A stretch of 64,000 nt of DNA from an uncultured delta proteobacterium (GTDB taxonomy: Bacteria > Desulfobacterota > Desulfobaccia > Desulfobaccales > 0-14-0-80-60-11). The notes under the pieces are model-generated. The model was given only the letters and a program-made list of their open reading frames with translations, was not told where the DNA came from and did no database searches. The position numbers and the translations under genes are program-made. The DNA lies in contig CAWETI010000002.1 of assembly GCA_963812015.1 (NCBI GenBank), positions 1,280,001 through 1,344,000 of the forward strand, given 5' to 3'. Shown here in pieces: positions 50,276 through 60,882 of the stretch (position 1 is its first letter; each line of letters begins with the position of its first letter).

Positions 50276-51618
50276 GACGGAGTCCCTCCCTTCAACTCCA
50301 TAAGGAGCCGTTCCTGACGGGCGGCAAATTCTTCCCGGCGCCGGGGGCTGGCCCCCAGCAGGCGCGCCTGCCATTTTTCTTGGGGAGTTTTTTCCAGCAC
50401 CAGGGCCCACCGCTCCGTCGGCCGAAAGAAGGCTAGGTAAAGTCCGGGCAGGAATAACAGGAAGCCGGTATACACCCACCCCACCCCGGGATCACGCTTC
50501 ACCTGGAAGACGGAATAATACGCCAAAGGGATGGACTCCACGGTGAACTGGTAGGGGCCGGGTTGGCCGCCCAACTCAGGATGGTCTTGCAAAACCCAAA
50601 AAGCTTCGGGATGCCCCGAGCCGGGACTGAAGGCCAGGAGCACCGCCGGTCCATACCCCTGAAAGTTACCGTCCACCCGCATGGCGATGACCTGGCCCTG
50701 GCCCCCGGGCAACTCCACCGGCTGGCGCAAGGGCGTCTCGATGGCCTGGTTGAGATCCCCCAGCTGTACTTTGAGGCGGATGGGTCCGGTGGCTTGGCTG
50801 CCGTAAGAGGACTGATAGAAGGTCAGGCCGCCGAAGCTCACGGGTTCATTGACCCGGCAGGTGGCCCGGGACACCTCCCGGCCGTCTTTCAGAAACATCA
50901 GGTCCGAGCGAAATTCCTTGGGGATGCCCCCTGGTTCGTAATAGGCGACCTGGAATTTATCCAGGCGCACCTGGAAATTAAGGGGCATCTCTGACCGGGA
51001 CCCCACTTGAAAGGCGCCGGCCACCTCTCCCTGGTCCAGGGCCAACTGGCCGTCCACCCCCCAGAATTTGCCGATGAGGCCGCCGGCCAGGATCAACAGG
51101 AGGGCCACATGAATCAAGTAAGGGCCCAACGGGCGGAAGCGGCCCCGTTCCAGGAGATAGATCTCCTGGTCCGGGAGCGTCTCCCGGCGGAAATGACCCA
51201 ATTCCCGGCCCAGAGTGGCGGTTATGAGGAGATGGGGATCGACCCCCGCCGGCCAGGTGATCCGGCCCCGTTCCGGCAGGGTGAGGGCGGCCTCCCGGGT
51301 GAGCGGCTGCCAGACGCGTTTCACGGCCTGGGGCAGACCGTGGACCACGCAGGCCAGGATATTTATCGCCAAAAGCACGATGGGCGATAGAAACCAGGGG
51401 CTGAAGTAGACGTTGGCAAAACCGCCCCGCCAGAGCAGGGCCCCCCAGATTTCGCCGAACAGGCGGGGGTACTGGCTCGGGGGTTGGTTCTGGGGCACGA
51501 CGGTGCCGATGACCGCCACGGCGGCCAGGATCAGCAGGAGAAATACCGTCAGGCGGATGGAGGTCAAAGTCCCCCATAGCCATGACTTGGGTTTGGAATG
51601 AATCCGGGTGGCAGGCAT
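50272..51618 (-). CDS. resB: Cytochrome c biogenesis protein ResB/CcsB
   Basis: SIRLTVFLL..GTVVPQ, HVALL, VNEP..YQSSY, DPG. Confidence 0.9.
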   Translation of the reverse strand: MPATRIHSKPKSWLWGTLTSIRLTVFLLLILAAVAVIGTVVPQNQPPSQYPRLFGEIWGALLWRGGFANVYFSPWFLSPIVLLAINILACVVHGLPQAVKRVWQPLTREAALTLPERGRITWPAGVDPHLLITATLGRELGHFRRETLPDQEIYLLERGRFRPLGPYLIHVALLLILAGGLIGKFWGVDGQLALDQGEVAGAFQVGSRSEMPLNFQVRLDKFQVAYYEPGGIPKEFRSDLMFLKDGREVSRATCRVNEPVSFGGLTFYQSSYGSQATGPIRLKVQLGDLNQAIETPLRQPVELPGGQGQVIAMRVDGNFQGYGPAVLLAFSPGSGHPEAFWVLQDHPELGGQPGPYQFTVESIPLAYYSVFQVKRDPGVGWVYTGFLLFLPGLYLAFFRPTERWALVLEKTPQEKWQARLLGASPRRREEFAARQERLLMELKGGTPS

Positions 51619-51723
51619 GCGGTTGTCGGCGATTACGGTCCCCCGGCCATACGTCATGGGGCCAGGCAGCAGCCGCAATCCTTGGAGATGGGAGGACGAT
51701 CCTGGGATGACCGATGGGTCGGC

Positions 51724-52128
51724 TCAGTCTTCTTCCAGGTCTTCTTCTTCGCTCAAATGATCTTCATATTCCTCTTGGGTGAACAAATCGTCAAACTCCT
51801 GACCGGAAGCCAACTCCACTCTGACCAACCATCCTTCCGTCAGGGGATCTTCATTGATGATTTCCGGCACCTCCGCGGCCTCGTAGTTGACCTCAACGAC
51901 CTCTCCGGAGATCGGGGCCTTCAACTCCCGCCGTCCGTTCTTGGCCTCAATTATGCTGAAGGGTTCATCCTTGATGAACTCCTCTCCTTCCTCGGGCAGT
52001 CGGAGACTATAGATCTCTCCCAATTTTTCCTGGAGGAAATCCGTCAGGCCGATGGTGACCTGAGTGTCATCATCCATCCGGACCCAGACATGGTCCTGAC
52101 TAAAGCGCATCTCACCGATGGTACTCAC
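51724..52128 (-). CDS. Glycine cleavage H-like protein
   Basis: FSQDHVW, IGLTDF, APISGEVVEVN, INEDP..GWL; lipoyl motif altered. Confidence 0.85.
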   Translation of the reverse strand: MSTIGEMRFSQDHVWVRMDDDTQVTIGLTDFLQEKLGEIYSLRLPEEGEEFIKDEPFSIIEAKNGRRELKAPISGEVVEVNYEAAEVPEIINEDPLTEGWLVRVELASGQEFDDLFTQEEYEDHLSEEEDLEED

Positions 52129-52376
52129 CCCACTCCTCGAGATAGTCCGTTGCCCCAAAAGGCTAGACGCTGGGGAAATATAATAACCCCACACAGGTTT
52201 GGCAAGGGTTTTTTGCAAGGTATATGTATCTCATTCGGTTATGGCGACTTTTTTGCTTTGGCTCCGCCTCTTTGCGCCGCCCTGGGCTTTTTAGCTTGAC
52301 AAGCAGGGGGGGCAGTGATTAGTTTACTCCTAATTTCACAATCCCCAAGCAGAACCGCCGAAGGGAGGCTGGCTAG

Positions 52377-52817
52377 ATGAAACAGATTAAGAAAATTCTT
52401 TTCCCCATTGATTTTACCTCGCACTTTGAATCTTTGCTGCCCTGGGTCTCCACCTTTGCGAAGAAGTTTGACGCCACTGTTTATGTCCTATTTGTGGCGC
52501 AGGATTTGTCGAATTTCTCCACCTTTTACGTGCCCCACGGCAATATCCAGGAGTTCCAGCAACAGGCGGTGGAATCGGCCACCAAAAGAATGGCGGCCGC
52601 GGTGCAGGAATTTTTCAAAGATTTCCCCAAGCTGGAAACCCGGGTGGAGTCAGGCGCGGCTGCGGCCAAGATTCTGGATCTGGCCAAAAAAGAACATATC
52701 GATTTAATCATCATGGGCGCCCATGGCCGGAAGGGCCTGGATCGGGCGATTTTCGGCAGCGTGGCCGACAAGGTGGTGCAAAGCGCCCCCTGCCCGGTGA
52801 TGACCGTCCGTCCGTAA
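52377..52817 (+). CDS. Universal stress protein
   Basis: KILFPIDF, DLIIMGAHGRKG..FGSVADKVV..PCPV. Confidence 0.93.
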   Translation: MKQIKKILFPIDFTSHFESLLPWVSTFAKKFDATVYVLFVAQDLSNFSTFYVPHGNIQEFQQQAVESATKRMAAAVQEFFKDFPKLETRVESGAAAAKILDLAKKEHIDLIIMGAHGRKGLDRAIFGSVADKVVQSAPCPVMTVRP

Positions 52818-52993
52818 GGTCCATCTCACCCTCAGGTAATGGGGTTCAGCCCCTCCGGCTCCGGCCGGAGGGGTTTCTGCGTTAGGCGTTGCCAGGCCCC
52901 GGGCGGACAGCGCCGGACTCAACCCCATCCACCCCAACAGCAAGAAGATCAGGATACTGCGGCGGCCTGGTGGCATGGAGACGCCCCTTCCGG

Positions 52994-53889
52994 TTACTCC
53001 CGGCTGTCCCGGTCCGCCGGGGGAATCAGCAGGATGGGGCAGGGGATGAACCGGGAAATGTTGTGGGCCACGCTACCCACCGAGATTTCCGCAATGAAGC
53101 CCTTGCCTTGGGTCCCTAACAGAATCATGGAAATATCCGTGGTTTTGAGGACTTCCAGGATGACCGCGACGGGATGGCCCACCGCCACCCGGGTCAGAAC
53201 CTCGGGGACGCCGGCGGCCTCGAGCCGGCCATGGAGAAGGTCCAAAAAATTCCGGGCCATCGCGGTGGCTTCGGCGGCCGCCTGGGGGTCCGAAGACATC
53301 CCCGGAGCCATCTGGAGGGCATGGAGCAGGGTAACCCGGGTCACGCCCCGGGGCGCCAACAGCTCCAGGTAGCACATGGCTTCGGCCGCAGTCTGGGAAA
53401 AATCCGTGGGAAACAGCAGGTGATCCAGGAGTTCGGTGCAGTGCCAGAGGCAGTGGGGCTCCTGGCCGCTATCCACCCGCACCGGCAAGACCAGGAGGGG
53501 AAACTGGATATTGTGCAGGACCGCGCCGGAAAAGGTCCCCAGCACTCCTTCCCGCCAGCGGGATTTGCCGTGGGAGCCGATGATGGTCAGGGGGGCATCG
53601 TATTTCTGGGCCACTTCATTCAGGGAGAACCCCGGCAGGCCGATGGGGGTCTCGATGATCACCTCGAGGCCCTGGTCGGTGAGCACCTGCCGCTGGGCGG
53701 CCAGGCGGGAGGCGGCCGGGGGGGTATATGCTCGCCGGTGCCGCCAAAGAGATCCGGGGTGATCACGTAGGTCAAGATCACCCGCCGACACCCCAACTCC
53801 AGAAGTTCGCCCCCGCAAGAGACGATCTGGTCCCAGGCGAAAGACAGATCAGTGGCCATGACCACCCGGTCAAAGATGGGCCGAATCAT
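52994..53889 (-). pseudogene. Tandem-domain universal stress protein split by a frameshift at a C7 run
   Basis: The N-terminal USP (FDRVVMATDLS) is in one frame and the remainder (GSHGKS..; LLFPTDFS; GSVA) in another; the switch is at the G run 53718-53724. Confidence 0.75.
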
Positions 53890-54158
53890 CCTGCAACCTT
53901 CCTCCCCCGGTAAAGCTCCCCCTATCCCAACCGACAACCCCTTCCTGCATCATTAAGTATAACAGGATAGGCGAAAAATCAATGGCGGGGGGCGGGGTCA
54001 CGCTATCTACCGGTGGCCGCGGCACCCCGATTCGCCCAGAATATTTCCTGCAGTGCAATTTTCCGTTTATAATTATTCGCTGACGGGTGTATATCAGAAC
54101 ACTAATGAAGGGGTTTGAAGCCTGATCTCAGCTTAACCCGCAAAGTCGGGAGGATTGC

Positions 54159-54608
54159 ATGGACCAAGCCGGGTTTCGGGACTGGCTCTGCCGCCGACTG
54201 GTGATGGAGAGCCGGGACGCCATCATCTTTGCGGATCGGGACGGGGTCATTCGCCTCTGGAACGCCGGGGCCGAGGTGATGTTCGGCTATCGGGCCGCCG
54301 AGATGGAAGGGCTGACCCTCGACCGGATCATCCCTGAGACGTTGCGGGCCCGGCATAACGAGGGCTACCGCCGGGTGATGGCTGAAGGCCAGAGCCGGTA
54401 TGCCGCCGAACTCCTGGCGGTGCCGGGCCTCAGAAAGGACGGAGGCCGCATTTCCCTGGAGTTCACCATCACCCTGGTCAAAGACGGCGGGGGGGAGATC
54501 CTGGGGGCCGCGGCCATCATGCGGGACGTCACGGCCCGCTGGCAGCGGGACCAGGAGCTCAAAAAGCGCCTGGCGGCTCTGACGGCCGGGGACCAGGCCC
54601 GGGAGTAA
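54159..54608 (+). CDS. Stand-alone PAS domain protein
   Basis: DAIIFAD..WNAGAE.MFGY..G..LD.IIPE. Confidence 0.88.
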   Translation: MDQAGFRDWLCRRLVMESRDAIIFADRDGVIRLWNAGAEVMFGYRAAEMEGLTLDRIIPETLRARHNEGYRRVMAEGQSRYAAELLAVPGLRKDGGRISLEFTITLVKDGGGEILGAAAIMRDVTARWQRDQELKKRLAALTAGDQARE

Positions 54609-54656
54609 CCGCGCAACGCTAACTGTTTGGCTTTTTTGTCAGGTGAGGAAATTTCT

Positions 54657-55343
54657 ATGGCCAAAGAACACATCCTGGTGGTGGAGGATGAGGAAGACAT
54701 CCTGGAGCTCCTGCGGTACAACCTGCATAAGGAAGGCTACCGGGTGACCGGGGCGCTCTCCGGGGAGGAGGGCCTGCGCACCGCCCGGTCCCAGCCCCCT
54801 GACCTCATCGTCCTGGACCTGATGCTTCCGGGAAAGGATGGGCTCACGGTGTGCCGCGAGCTCAAACAGGACGCCAAGACCCGGGATCTTCCCATCATCA
54901 TCCTCACCGCCAAAGGGGAGGAGGCGGACATCGTGGCGGGCCTGGAATTGGGGGCCGACGACTACGTCACCAAGCCTTTTAGCCCCCGGGTGCTTTTGGC
55001 CCGGCTCCGGGCCGTGCTGCGCCGCCGCCAGGCGGAACCGGCGGCGGAGAGCGACTCCCTGGAACTCCAGGGGATGACCATCCATCCCGGCCGCCACGAG
55101 GTCCTGGTCCAGGGCCGGTCCGTGGACCTGACCGCCACCGAGTTCCGTCTGCTCGCCTTTCTGGCCCGGCGCCCCGGCTGGGTCTTCACCCGGGCCCAGA
55201 TTGTCCAGGGAATCCAGGGGGAGGACTATGCCGTGTCCGATCGCGCCGTGGACGTCCAGATCGTGGGGCTGCGGAAAAAACTGGGCTCGGCCGGCCAATC
55301 CATCGAAACCGTGCGGGGCGTGGGCTACCGCTTCAAGGAGTGA
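54657..55343 (+). CDS. phoB: OmpR-family response regulator, PhoB-like
   Basis: LDLMLP, GADDYVTKPFS, wHTH ETVRGVGY; upstream of pst genes. Confidence 0.85.
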   Translation: MAKEHILVVEDEEDILELLRYNLHKEGYRVTGALSGEEGLRTARSQPPDLIVLDLMLPGKDGLTVCRELKQDAKTRDLPIIILTAKGEEADIVAGLELGADDYVTKPFSPRVLLARLRAVLRRRQAEPAAESDSLELQGMTIHPGRHEVLVQGRSVDLTATEFRLLAFLARRPGWVFTRAQIVQGIQGEDYAVSDRAVDVQIVGLRKKLGSAGQSIETVRGVGYRFKE

Positions 55344-57139
55344 CCATGCGGCGCCGTCGCCTGGTGGCCCAGCTCTTTCCCTCCTATCTGGTCATCGTCC
55401 TCCTGGCCTTGCTGGCCGTGACCTGGTATGTGTCCCAGGCCTGGCGCCATGCCTTTTTGGAGCAGACCGCGGCGGACTTAAAAGTCCGGGCCGATTTGGT
55501 GACGCCCCAGTTCCAGGGGCTGCTCGACCACCTTGATGCCGGGGCCGTGGACCACCTCTGCAAGGAGTTGGGCAGGCTCAGCGCCACCCGCCTGACCGTG
55601 ATCCTGCCCACCGGACGGGTCGTGGGGGATTCCTCCAAGAACCCGGCCGGGATGGACAATCACGCCGACCGGCCCGAAATCCAGCCGGCCTTCCAGGGCA
55701 AAATCGGACTCTCCACCCGGCTGAGCTATACGGAAGAGACCCCCATGATGTATGTGGCGGCGCCGATCATGGACCGGGGCCGGGTGATCGGCGTGGTGCG
55801 CGCCTCTCTGGCCGTGGCTTTTATCGACCGGGTCCTTTACGGCATGTATTTCAAGATCGCCCTGGGGGGCATGGGGGCCGCCCTCCTGGCCGCTTTGTTG
55901 AGCCTGGTGATGGCCCGCCGCCTGTCCAGCCCCCTGGAAGAAATGAAGCAGGGCGCCCAGCGCTTCGCCCAGGGGGATTTGCGGGTCAAGGTGCCTGTCC
56001 CCCCCTCCGATGAGTTGGCCAGCCTGGCCGAGGCCTTGAACTATATGGCGGAACAGCTGGACCAGCGCATCCGCACCATCACCCGGCAGCGCCAGGAACA
56101 GGAAGCGGTGCTGGCCAGCATGGTGGAGGGGGTGATGGCCGTGGACCACCGGGAGCGCCTTATAACCTTGAACCAAGCCGGCGCCCGGCTGCTGGGGGTG
56201 GACCCCGAGACCGCCAGAGAGCGCCCCCTCCCGGAAGTGGTGCGCAACCCGGATCTCCAGAATTTTGTGGCCCGGGCCCTGGCCAGCCCCCGGCAGGTGG
56301 ATGGGGAGATCATCCTCCGGGAGAGCGGCCAGGACCGCCTCCTCCAGGTCCAGGGCACCACCCTCCGGGACCCCCAGGGGAAGGCCTTCGGGGCCCTGAT
56401 CGTCCTCAACGACGTGACCCGCCTGCGGCGCCTGGAGCAAGCCCGGCGGGATTTTGTGGCCAACGTCTCCCATGAGCTCAAAACCCCCATCACCTCCATC
56501 AAGGGGTTTGTGGAGACCCTGCTGGACGGCGCCATGCAGGAACCGAAAAACGCCTTGAACTTTTTGCAGATCATCGCCAGGCATGCCGACCGCCTCAACG
56601 AGATTATCGATGACCTGCTGAGCCTGTCCCGCATCGAGCAGGATTCGGAGCAGGGCAAGATCGCCCTGTCCCCCGGCCGCCTCAAGGAGGTCTTGCACAA
56701 TGCCATCCAGGTGTGCCGGGAACGGGCCGCGGCCAAAGACATCCGGATTGACCTTAGCTGCCCCGATGAGCTGGCCGCCGAGATCAACGCCCCGCTTCTG
56801 GAGCAGGCCGTGGTGAATCTCATCGACAACGCGGTCAAATACAGCCCGGCGGCGCGACCGGTGCAGGTGGAGGCCCGCGGGGAAACCGGAGAAGTGTTGA
56901 TCCTGGTGCGGGACCAGGGCCCCGGCATCGCCCCGGAACACCTCCCCCGCCTCTTCGAACGCTTCTACCGGGTGGACTCCGGCCGCAGCCGCAAGGTGGG
57001 GGGCACCGGGTTGGGGCTGGCCATCGTCAAACACATCGCCCAGTCCCACGGGGGGTATGTGACCCTCCAAAGCGCTCCCGGGAAAGGCAGCACCTTTTTG
57101 ATCCATCTGCCCCAAACCGAGCCCGCCGCCGGAGCTTAG
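55340..57139 (+). CDS. phoR: Sensor histidine kinase PhoR-like (HAMP-PAS-HisKA-HATPase)
   Basis: DNHADRPE, ANVSHELKTP, FERFYRVD, GTGLGL. Confidence 0.88.
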   Translation: MTMRRRRLVAQLFPSYLVIVLLALLAVTWYVSQAWRHAFLEQTAADLKVRADLVTPQFQGLLDHLDAGAVDHLCKELGRLSATRLTVILPTGRVVGDSSKNPAGMDNHADRPEIQPAFQGKIGLSTRLSYTEETPMMYVAAPIMDRGRVIGVVRASLAVAFIDRVLYGMYFKIALGGMGAALLAALLSLVMARRLSSPLEEMKQGAQRFAQGDLRVKVPVPPSDELASLAEALNYMAEQLDQRIRTITRQRQEQEAVLASMVEGVMAVDHRERLITLNQAGARLLGVDPETARERPLPEVVRNPDLQNFVARALASPRQVDGEIILRESGQDRLLQVQGTTLRDPQGKAFGALIVLNDVTRLRRLEQARRDFVANVSHELKTPITSIKGFVETLLDGAMQEPKNALNFLQIIARHADRLNEIIDDLLSLSRIEQDSEQGKIALSPGRLKEVLHNAIQVCRERAAAKDIRIDLSCPDELAAEINAPLLEQAVVNLIDNAVKYSPAARPVQVEARGETGEVLILVRDQGPGIAPEHLPRLFERFYRVDSGRSRKVGGTGLGLAIVKHIAQSHGGYVTLQSAPGKGSTFLIHLPQTEPAAGA

Positions 57140-57302
57140 GGCTTTTTCCGCCAGCAACTCCCTGGCAAATCTCATCCCCAAACAGTTTTGGTGCTTAACT
57201 TCACACCTTGGGGCTGAGGAGGCAGAACTGTCCGTCCCGGCGCGCTCCTCAGCACGACCTCTGCTTCGCAAAGTTTATCTGGTTTTTTCCTACCATCCTT
57301 TT

Positions 57303-57410
57303 CTCATAGAGTAATATAAGCGTCTTCCTGTAGGGGCGCACCTGCGTGTGCGCCATCAATCAGGGCGGACACATGGGTCCGCCCCTACAGAACAATATTA
57401 CCTGTATGAG
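57303..57410. repeat. GTAG-REP doublet inside CTCATA..GTAATAT inverted ends
   Basis: REP at 57329-57389; outer inverted repeat 57303-57317 / 57395-57410. Confidence 0.7.
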
Positions 57411-57869
57411 CGCAACTTGTTATCAAAGATCCAGGCGCGACTCTTCCAAAAAGTCCTCCCTTGCCGAAATCTAGTGATCGGCTGACGAATTCCTAATTTT
57501 CGCCGGCTATCTTAAAAAATAATCATCGGTGGGGGTCGGCCCCGATAATCCCGGCCCTGGACTCCCCTGGAGTTGGAGGATAGCAGACCTAGAGATTCCG
57601 GGTATCCTGCCTCACCCTGGGGAGAGGTGACCACCTGGGGCTGATGATACGCACGGCTGCGGCTCTCTGGGTTTCCGAAAGTTCAGAGGAAGCCGGACCC
57701 GGCGCCGAGAGAGGGAGTTGATGGCCCGGCGGAACTCAGTAACCAGCTCTTTAAGAAGGTATCGTCGGATCGTGGTGGCCGGGCGCTGGATATGGCTGAT
57801 GACCGTCACCTTTTTTAGGGCTCCGGCCGCGCCGTGCGAACCACGGGAATCCTACCCCATGATCTTTTC

Positions 57870-57914
57870 TTGAACCTTGCCTAATCCTTATGGAACGCTA
57901 ACAAACGCCTAACA
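57870..57914 (+). promoter_or_regulatory. Candidate Pho boxes
   Basis: 11-bp-spaced direct repeats CTAACA (57898, 57909) and TTGAAC/CTAATC (57870, 57881) upstream of pstS. Confidence 0.55.
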
Positions 57915-57953
57915 TCTTCAGGATAAATTTTAAATCTCTAAGGGAGAGCAATA

Positions 57954-59003
57954 ATGAAGAAAGCAGCACGGTTGGCAGTGGCATTGGTGGGCCTCATGGC
58001 CCTGGCTGGTTTGGCCCAGGCCGAAGACGTAACCATTAACGGGGCCGGAGCGTCTTTCCCCTACCCCATTTATTCCCAGTGGGCCCACAAGTATAACTCC
58101 CTCACCGGCGTCAAGATCAATTACCAGTCCATCGGCTCCGGGGGCGGCATCGCCCAGATCAAGGCCAAGACGGTGGATTTTGGGGCCTCCGACGAACCCT
58201 TGAAAGCCGAAGCCTTGAACGAGTCCGGGTTGGTCCAGTTCCCCATGGTCATCGGCGGGGTGGTGCTGGTGGTCAATATCCCCGGCATCGGCCCGGGTCA
58301 GCTCAAGCTCACGGGTGAGGTGCTGGGGGATATCTTCCTGGGCAAAATCGCCAAGTGGGACGATCCGGCCATCAAGAGCCTCAATCCCGACCTGAAGCTC
58401 TCCTCCCAGGCCATCACCGTGGCCCACCGCACCGACGGTTCCGGCACCACCTTTATCTTTACCAGCTACCTGGCCATGGTTTCTCCGGCCTGGAAAGAGA
58501 AAGTCGGGGCCGGGAAATCGGTGAACTGGCCGGCGGCCGGCAGTATCGGCGGCAAAGGCAACGAAGGCGTGGCCGGCCAGGTGAAGATGGTGAGTGGCGC
58601 CATCGGCTATGTGGAATATGCTTACGCCCTGCAAAATAAAATGGCCTTTACCCAACTCAAGAATCAAGCCGGCAAGTTCTTAAGTCCCAGCATTGAAGCC
58701 TTTCAAGCCGCGGCGGCCAATGCCGATTGGAAAAACGCCCCCGGTTACTACCTGATGCTCGACAACCAGCCGGGCGACCAGAGCTGGCCCATCGCCGGCG
58801 CCACCTATATCCTGCTGCACAAGGACCAGGCCAATGCCGCCAAGATCGCAGCCATGCTGAAGTACTTTACGTGGTGCTACCAGCACGGTGGCGAGATGGC
58901 CGCAAAACTCGATTACGTGCCTTTGCCCAAGAATGTCGTGGAGATGGTGGAAGCCACCTGGGCCAAAGACGTGAAAGCCGAAGGCAAACCCGTCACATAC
59001 TAA
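57954..59003 (+). CDS. pstS: Phosphate ABC transporter substrate-binding protein
   Basis: GAGASFP, YQSIGSGGG, DFGASD, DGSGTT, GKGNEG. Confidence 0.96.
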   Translation: MKKAARLAVALVGLMALAGLAQAEDVTINGAGASFPYPIYSQWAHKYNSLTGVKINYQSIGSGGGIAQIKAKTVDFGASDEPLKAEALNESGLVQFPMVIGGVVLVVNIPGIGPGQLKLTGEVLGDIFLGKIAKWDDPAIKSLNPDLKLSSQAITVAHRTDGSGTTFIFTSYLAMVSPAWKEKVGAGKSVNWPAAGSIGGKGNEGVAGQVKMVSGAIGYVEYAYALQNKMAFTQLKNQAGKFLSPSIEAFQAAAANADWKNAPGYYLMLDNQPGDQSWPIAGATYILLHKDQANAAKIAAMLKYFTWCYQHGGEMAAKLDYVPLPKNVVEMVEATWAKDVKAEGKPVTY

Positions 59004-59090
59004 ACCGCCGGGGCCTCTCCATAACTGGGGGCGGGGGATCGTGACCCTGCCCCCTACACTTCCGATCCTCAAAGATACGGCTTTCGAACC

Positions 59091-60026
59091 ATGGCAAAAT
59101 CAACCCCGGCAACTTCCAAGGGCGATTACTACTTTAAATGGCTCACCGCCATCTGCGCCCTGATCACCCCGCTCCTGATGGCCGGGATCTTCCTGGAGTT
59201 AGTGGGCCATTCCCTCCCGTCCATCAAGAAATTCGGGTTTAGCTTCTTATTCTCGCAAAACTGGAACCCGGTTACCGAGCAGTTCGGGGCGGCCAGCAGT
59301 ATCTTCGGCACCATCATGTCCACCCTCATCGCCATGGTCATCGCGGTGCCCCTCTCCATCGCCATCGCCCTGTTCCTGGTGGAGCTGGCCCGGCCCGGGG
59401 TCAGCAAGGTGGTGGGCACCATGATCGAGCTCTTAGCGGCCATTCCCAGTATCATTTACGGCATGTGGGGCATGTTCGTGTTTGGGCCGTTTATGGCCAA
59501 GCACGTGCAGCCGCTCCTCCAAAGCACCCTGGGTTTCCTGCCGCTCTTTCAAGGACCGCCCATGGGGTTGGGCATGCTGACCGCGGGGATCATCCTGGCC
59601 TTCATGATTCTGCCCTTTATGTGCGCCATTACCCGGGACGTTTTTCAATTGGTGCCCAATGTGGTCAAGGAATCCGCCCACGGCATGGGGGCCACCACCT
59701 GGGAAGTCACCTATAAGGTGACCATCCCCTACGGCCTGGTGGGGATTATCGGGGCCCTGTTCCTCGGCCTGGGCCGAGCCCTGGGGGAGACCATGGCGGT
59801 CACCTTCGTCATCGGCAACGCCCACAATATCTCCGCCTCTCTGTTTGCCCCCGGCAACAGCATCGCCTCCACCCTGGCCAACGAGTTCAGCGAAGCCACG
59901 GATGTGCTCTATGTCAGCTCCTTGATCGAGTTGGGCCTGGTGCTGTTCATTTTGACCTACCTGGTCCAGGTCGGGGCCCAGTACATGTTGCGGAAGATGT
60001 ACAAATCCTGGAGTGTGGGCCTATGA
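59091..60026 (+). CDS. pstC: Phosphate ABC transporter permease
   Basis: ELLAAIPSIIYG, GRALGETMAV, LANEF. Confidence 0.95.
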   Translation: MAKSTPATSKGDYYFKWLTAICALITPLLMAGIFLELVGHSLPSIKKFGFSFLFSQNWNPVTEQFGAASSIFGTIMSTLIAMVIAVPLSIAIALFLVELARPGVSKVVGTMIELLAAIPSIIYGMWGMFVFGPFMAKHVQPLLQSTLGFLPLFQGPPMGLGMLTAGIILAFMILPFMCAITRDVFQLVPNVVKESAHGMGATTWEVTYKVTIPYGLVGIIGALFLGLGRALGETMAVTFVIGNAHNISASLFAPGNSIASTLANEFSEATDVLYVSSLIELGLVLFILTYLVQVGAQYMLRKMYKSWSVGL

Positions 60027-60865
60027 AACCCCGCCCCCCCACCGGTCGCCGCACCGTGGACCTGATGGTGCGGGGGTGGTCCGTGATCTCGGCTTTGCTG
60101 GGCATCGCCGCCCTCATCTGGATCCTATCCGGAGTCATCGTCCGAGGGGTGGGCGCCCTGAACCTGTCCTTCTTTACCCAGTTGCCCACGCCCCCCGGCA
60201 TGGCCGGCGGCGGCATGGCCAACGCCATCCTGGGGACGCTGGCCATGACCATTGCGGCCACCCTCATGTCGGTGCCCATTGGCCTCTTGTCCGGCATCTA
60301 TCTGGCGGAGTTCGGCCAGGAGTCCCGGGTGGCCGACAACAGCCGCTTCTCCGCCAATGTCCTCATGGGCATGCCCTCTATTATTATCGGGGTGTTCGCC
60401 TACACCCTGGTGGTGCTCCCCCTGGGACACTTTTCGGGGTACGCCGGGGCCGTGGCCCTGGCCATCCTGATGATCCCGGTGGTCACCCGGACCACCGAAG
60501 ACATGCTGCGCCTGGTGCCCAACACCTTGCGGGAATCGGCCCTGGCCCTGGGCGCCCCCCGCTGGAAGGTCACCCTGACGGTGGTGTTTCGGGCGGCCAA
60601 GGGCGGTTTGATTACGGGGATTCTGCTGGCGGTGGCCCGGGTGAGCGGCGAGACCGCGCCCCTCTTGTTCACCGCCCTCAACAGCCCGTATTGGGTCAAA
60701 TCTTTGTCGGGCCCCGTTCCCAACCTCACCGTCACCATCTTCAACTATGCCATGTCCCCCTATGAGGACTGGCAGCAGATGGCCTGGGGAGCGTCCCTGG
60801 TCATCACGGTGGGGGTGTTGGCCTTTACCCTGGTGGCCCGTTTTTTCTTGAGGACCAGACGATAG
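60023..60865 (+). CDS. pstA: Phosphate ABC transporter permease
   Basis: [19 protein letters not shown]. Confidence 0.95.
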   Translation: MKPRPPTGRRTVDLMVRGWSVISALLGIAALIWILSGVIVRGVGALNLSFFTQLPTPPGMAGGGMANAILGTLAMTIAATLMSVPIGLLSGIYLAEFGQESRVADNSRFSANVLMGMPSIIIGVFAYTLVVLPLGHFSGYAGAVALAILMIPVVTRTTEDMLRLVPNTLRESALALGAPRWKVTLTVVFRAAKGGLITGILLAVARVSGETAPLLFTALNSPYWVKSLSGPVPNLTVTIFNYAMSPYEDWQQMAWGASLVITVGVLAFTLVARFFLRTRR

Positions 60866-60882
60866 TTAAGTATTCGGAGGCA

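Noticed and set aside
57612..57809. Small minus-strand ORF divergent from pstS
   Set aside because: Weak RBS, no motif, atypical composition; insufficient support
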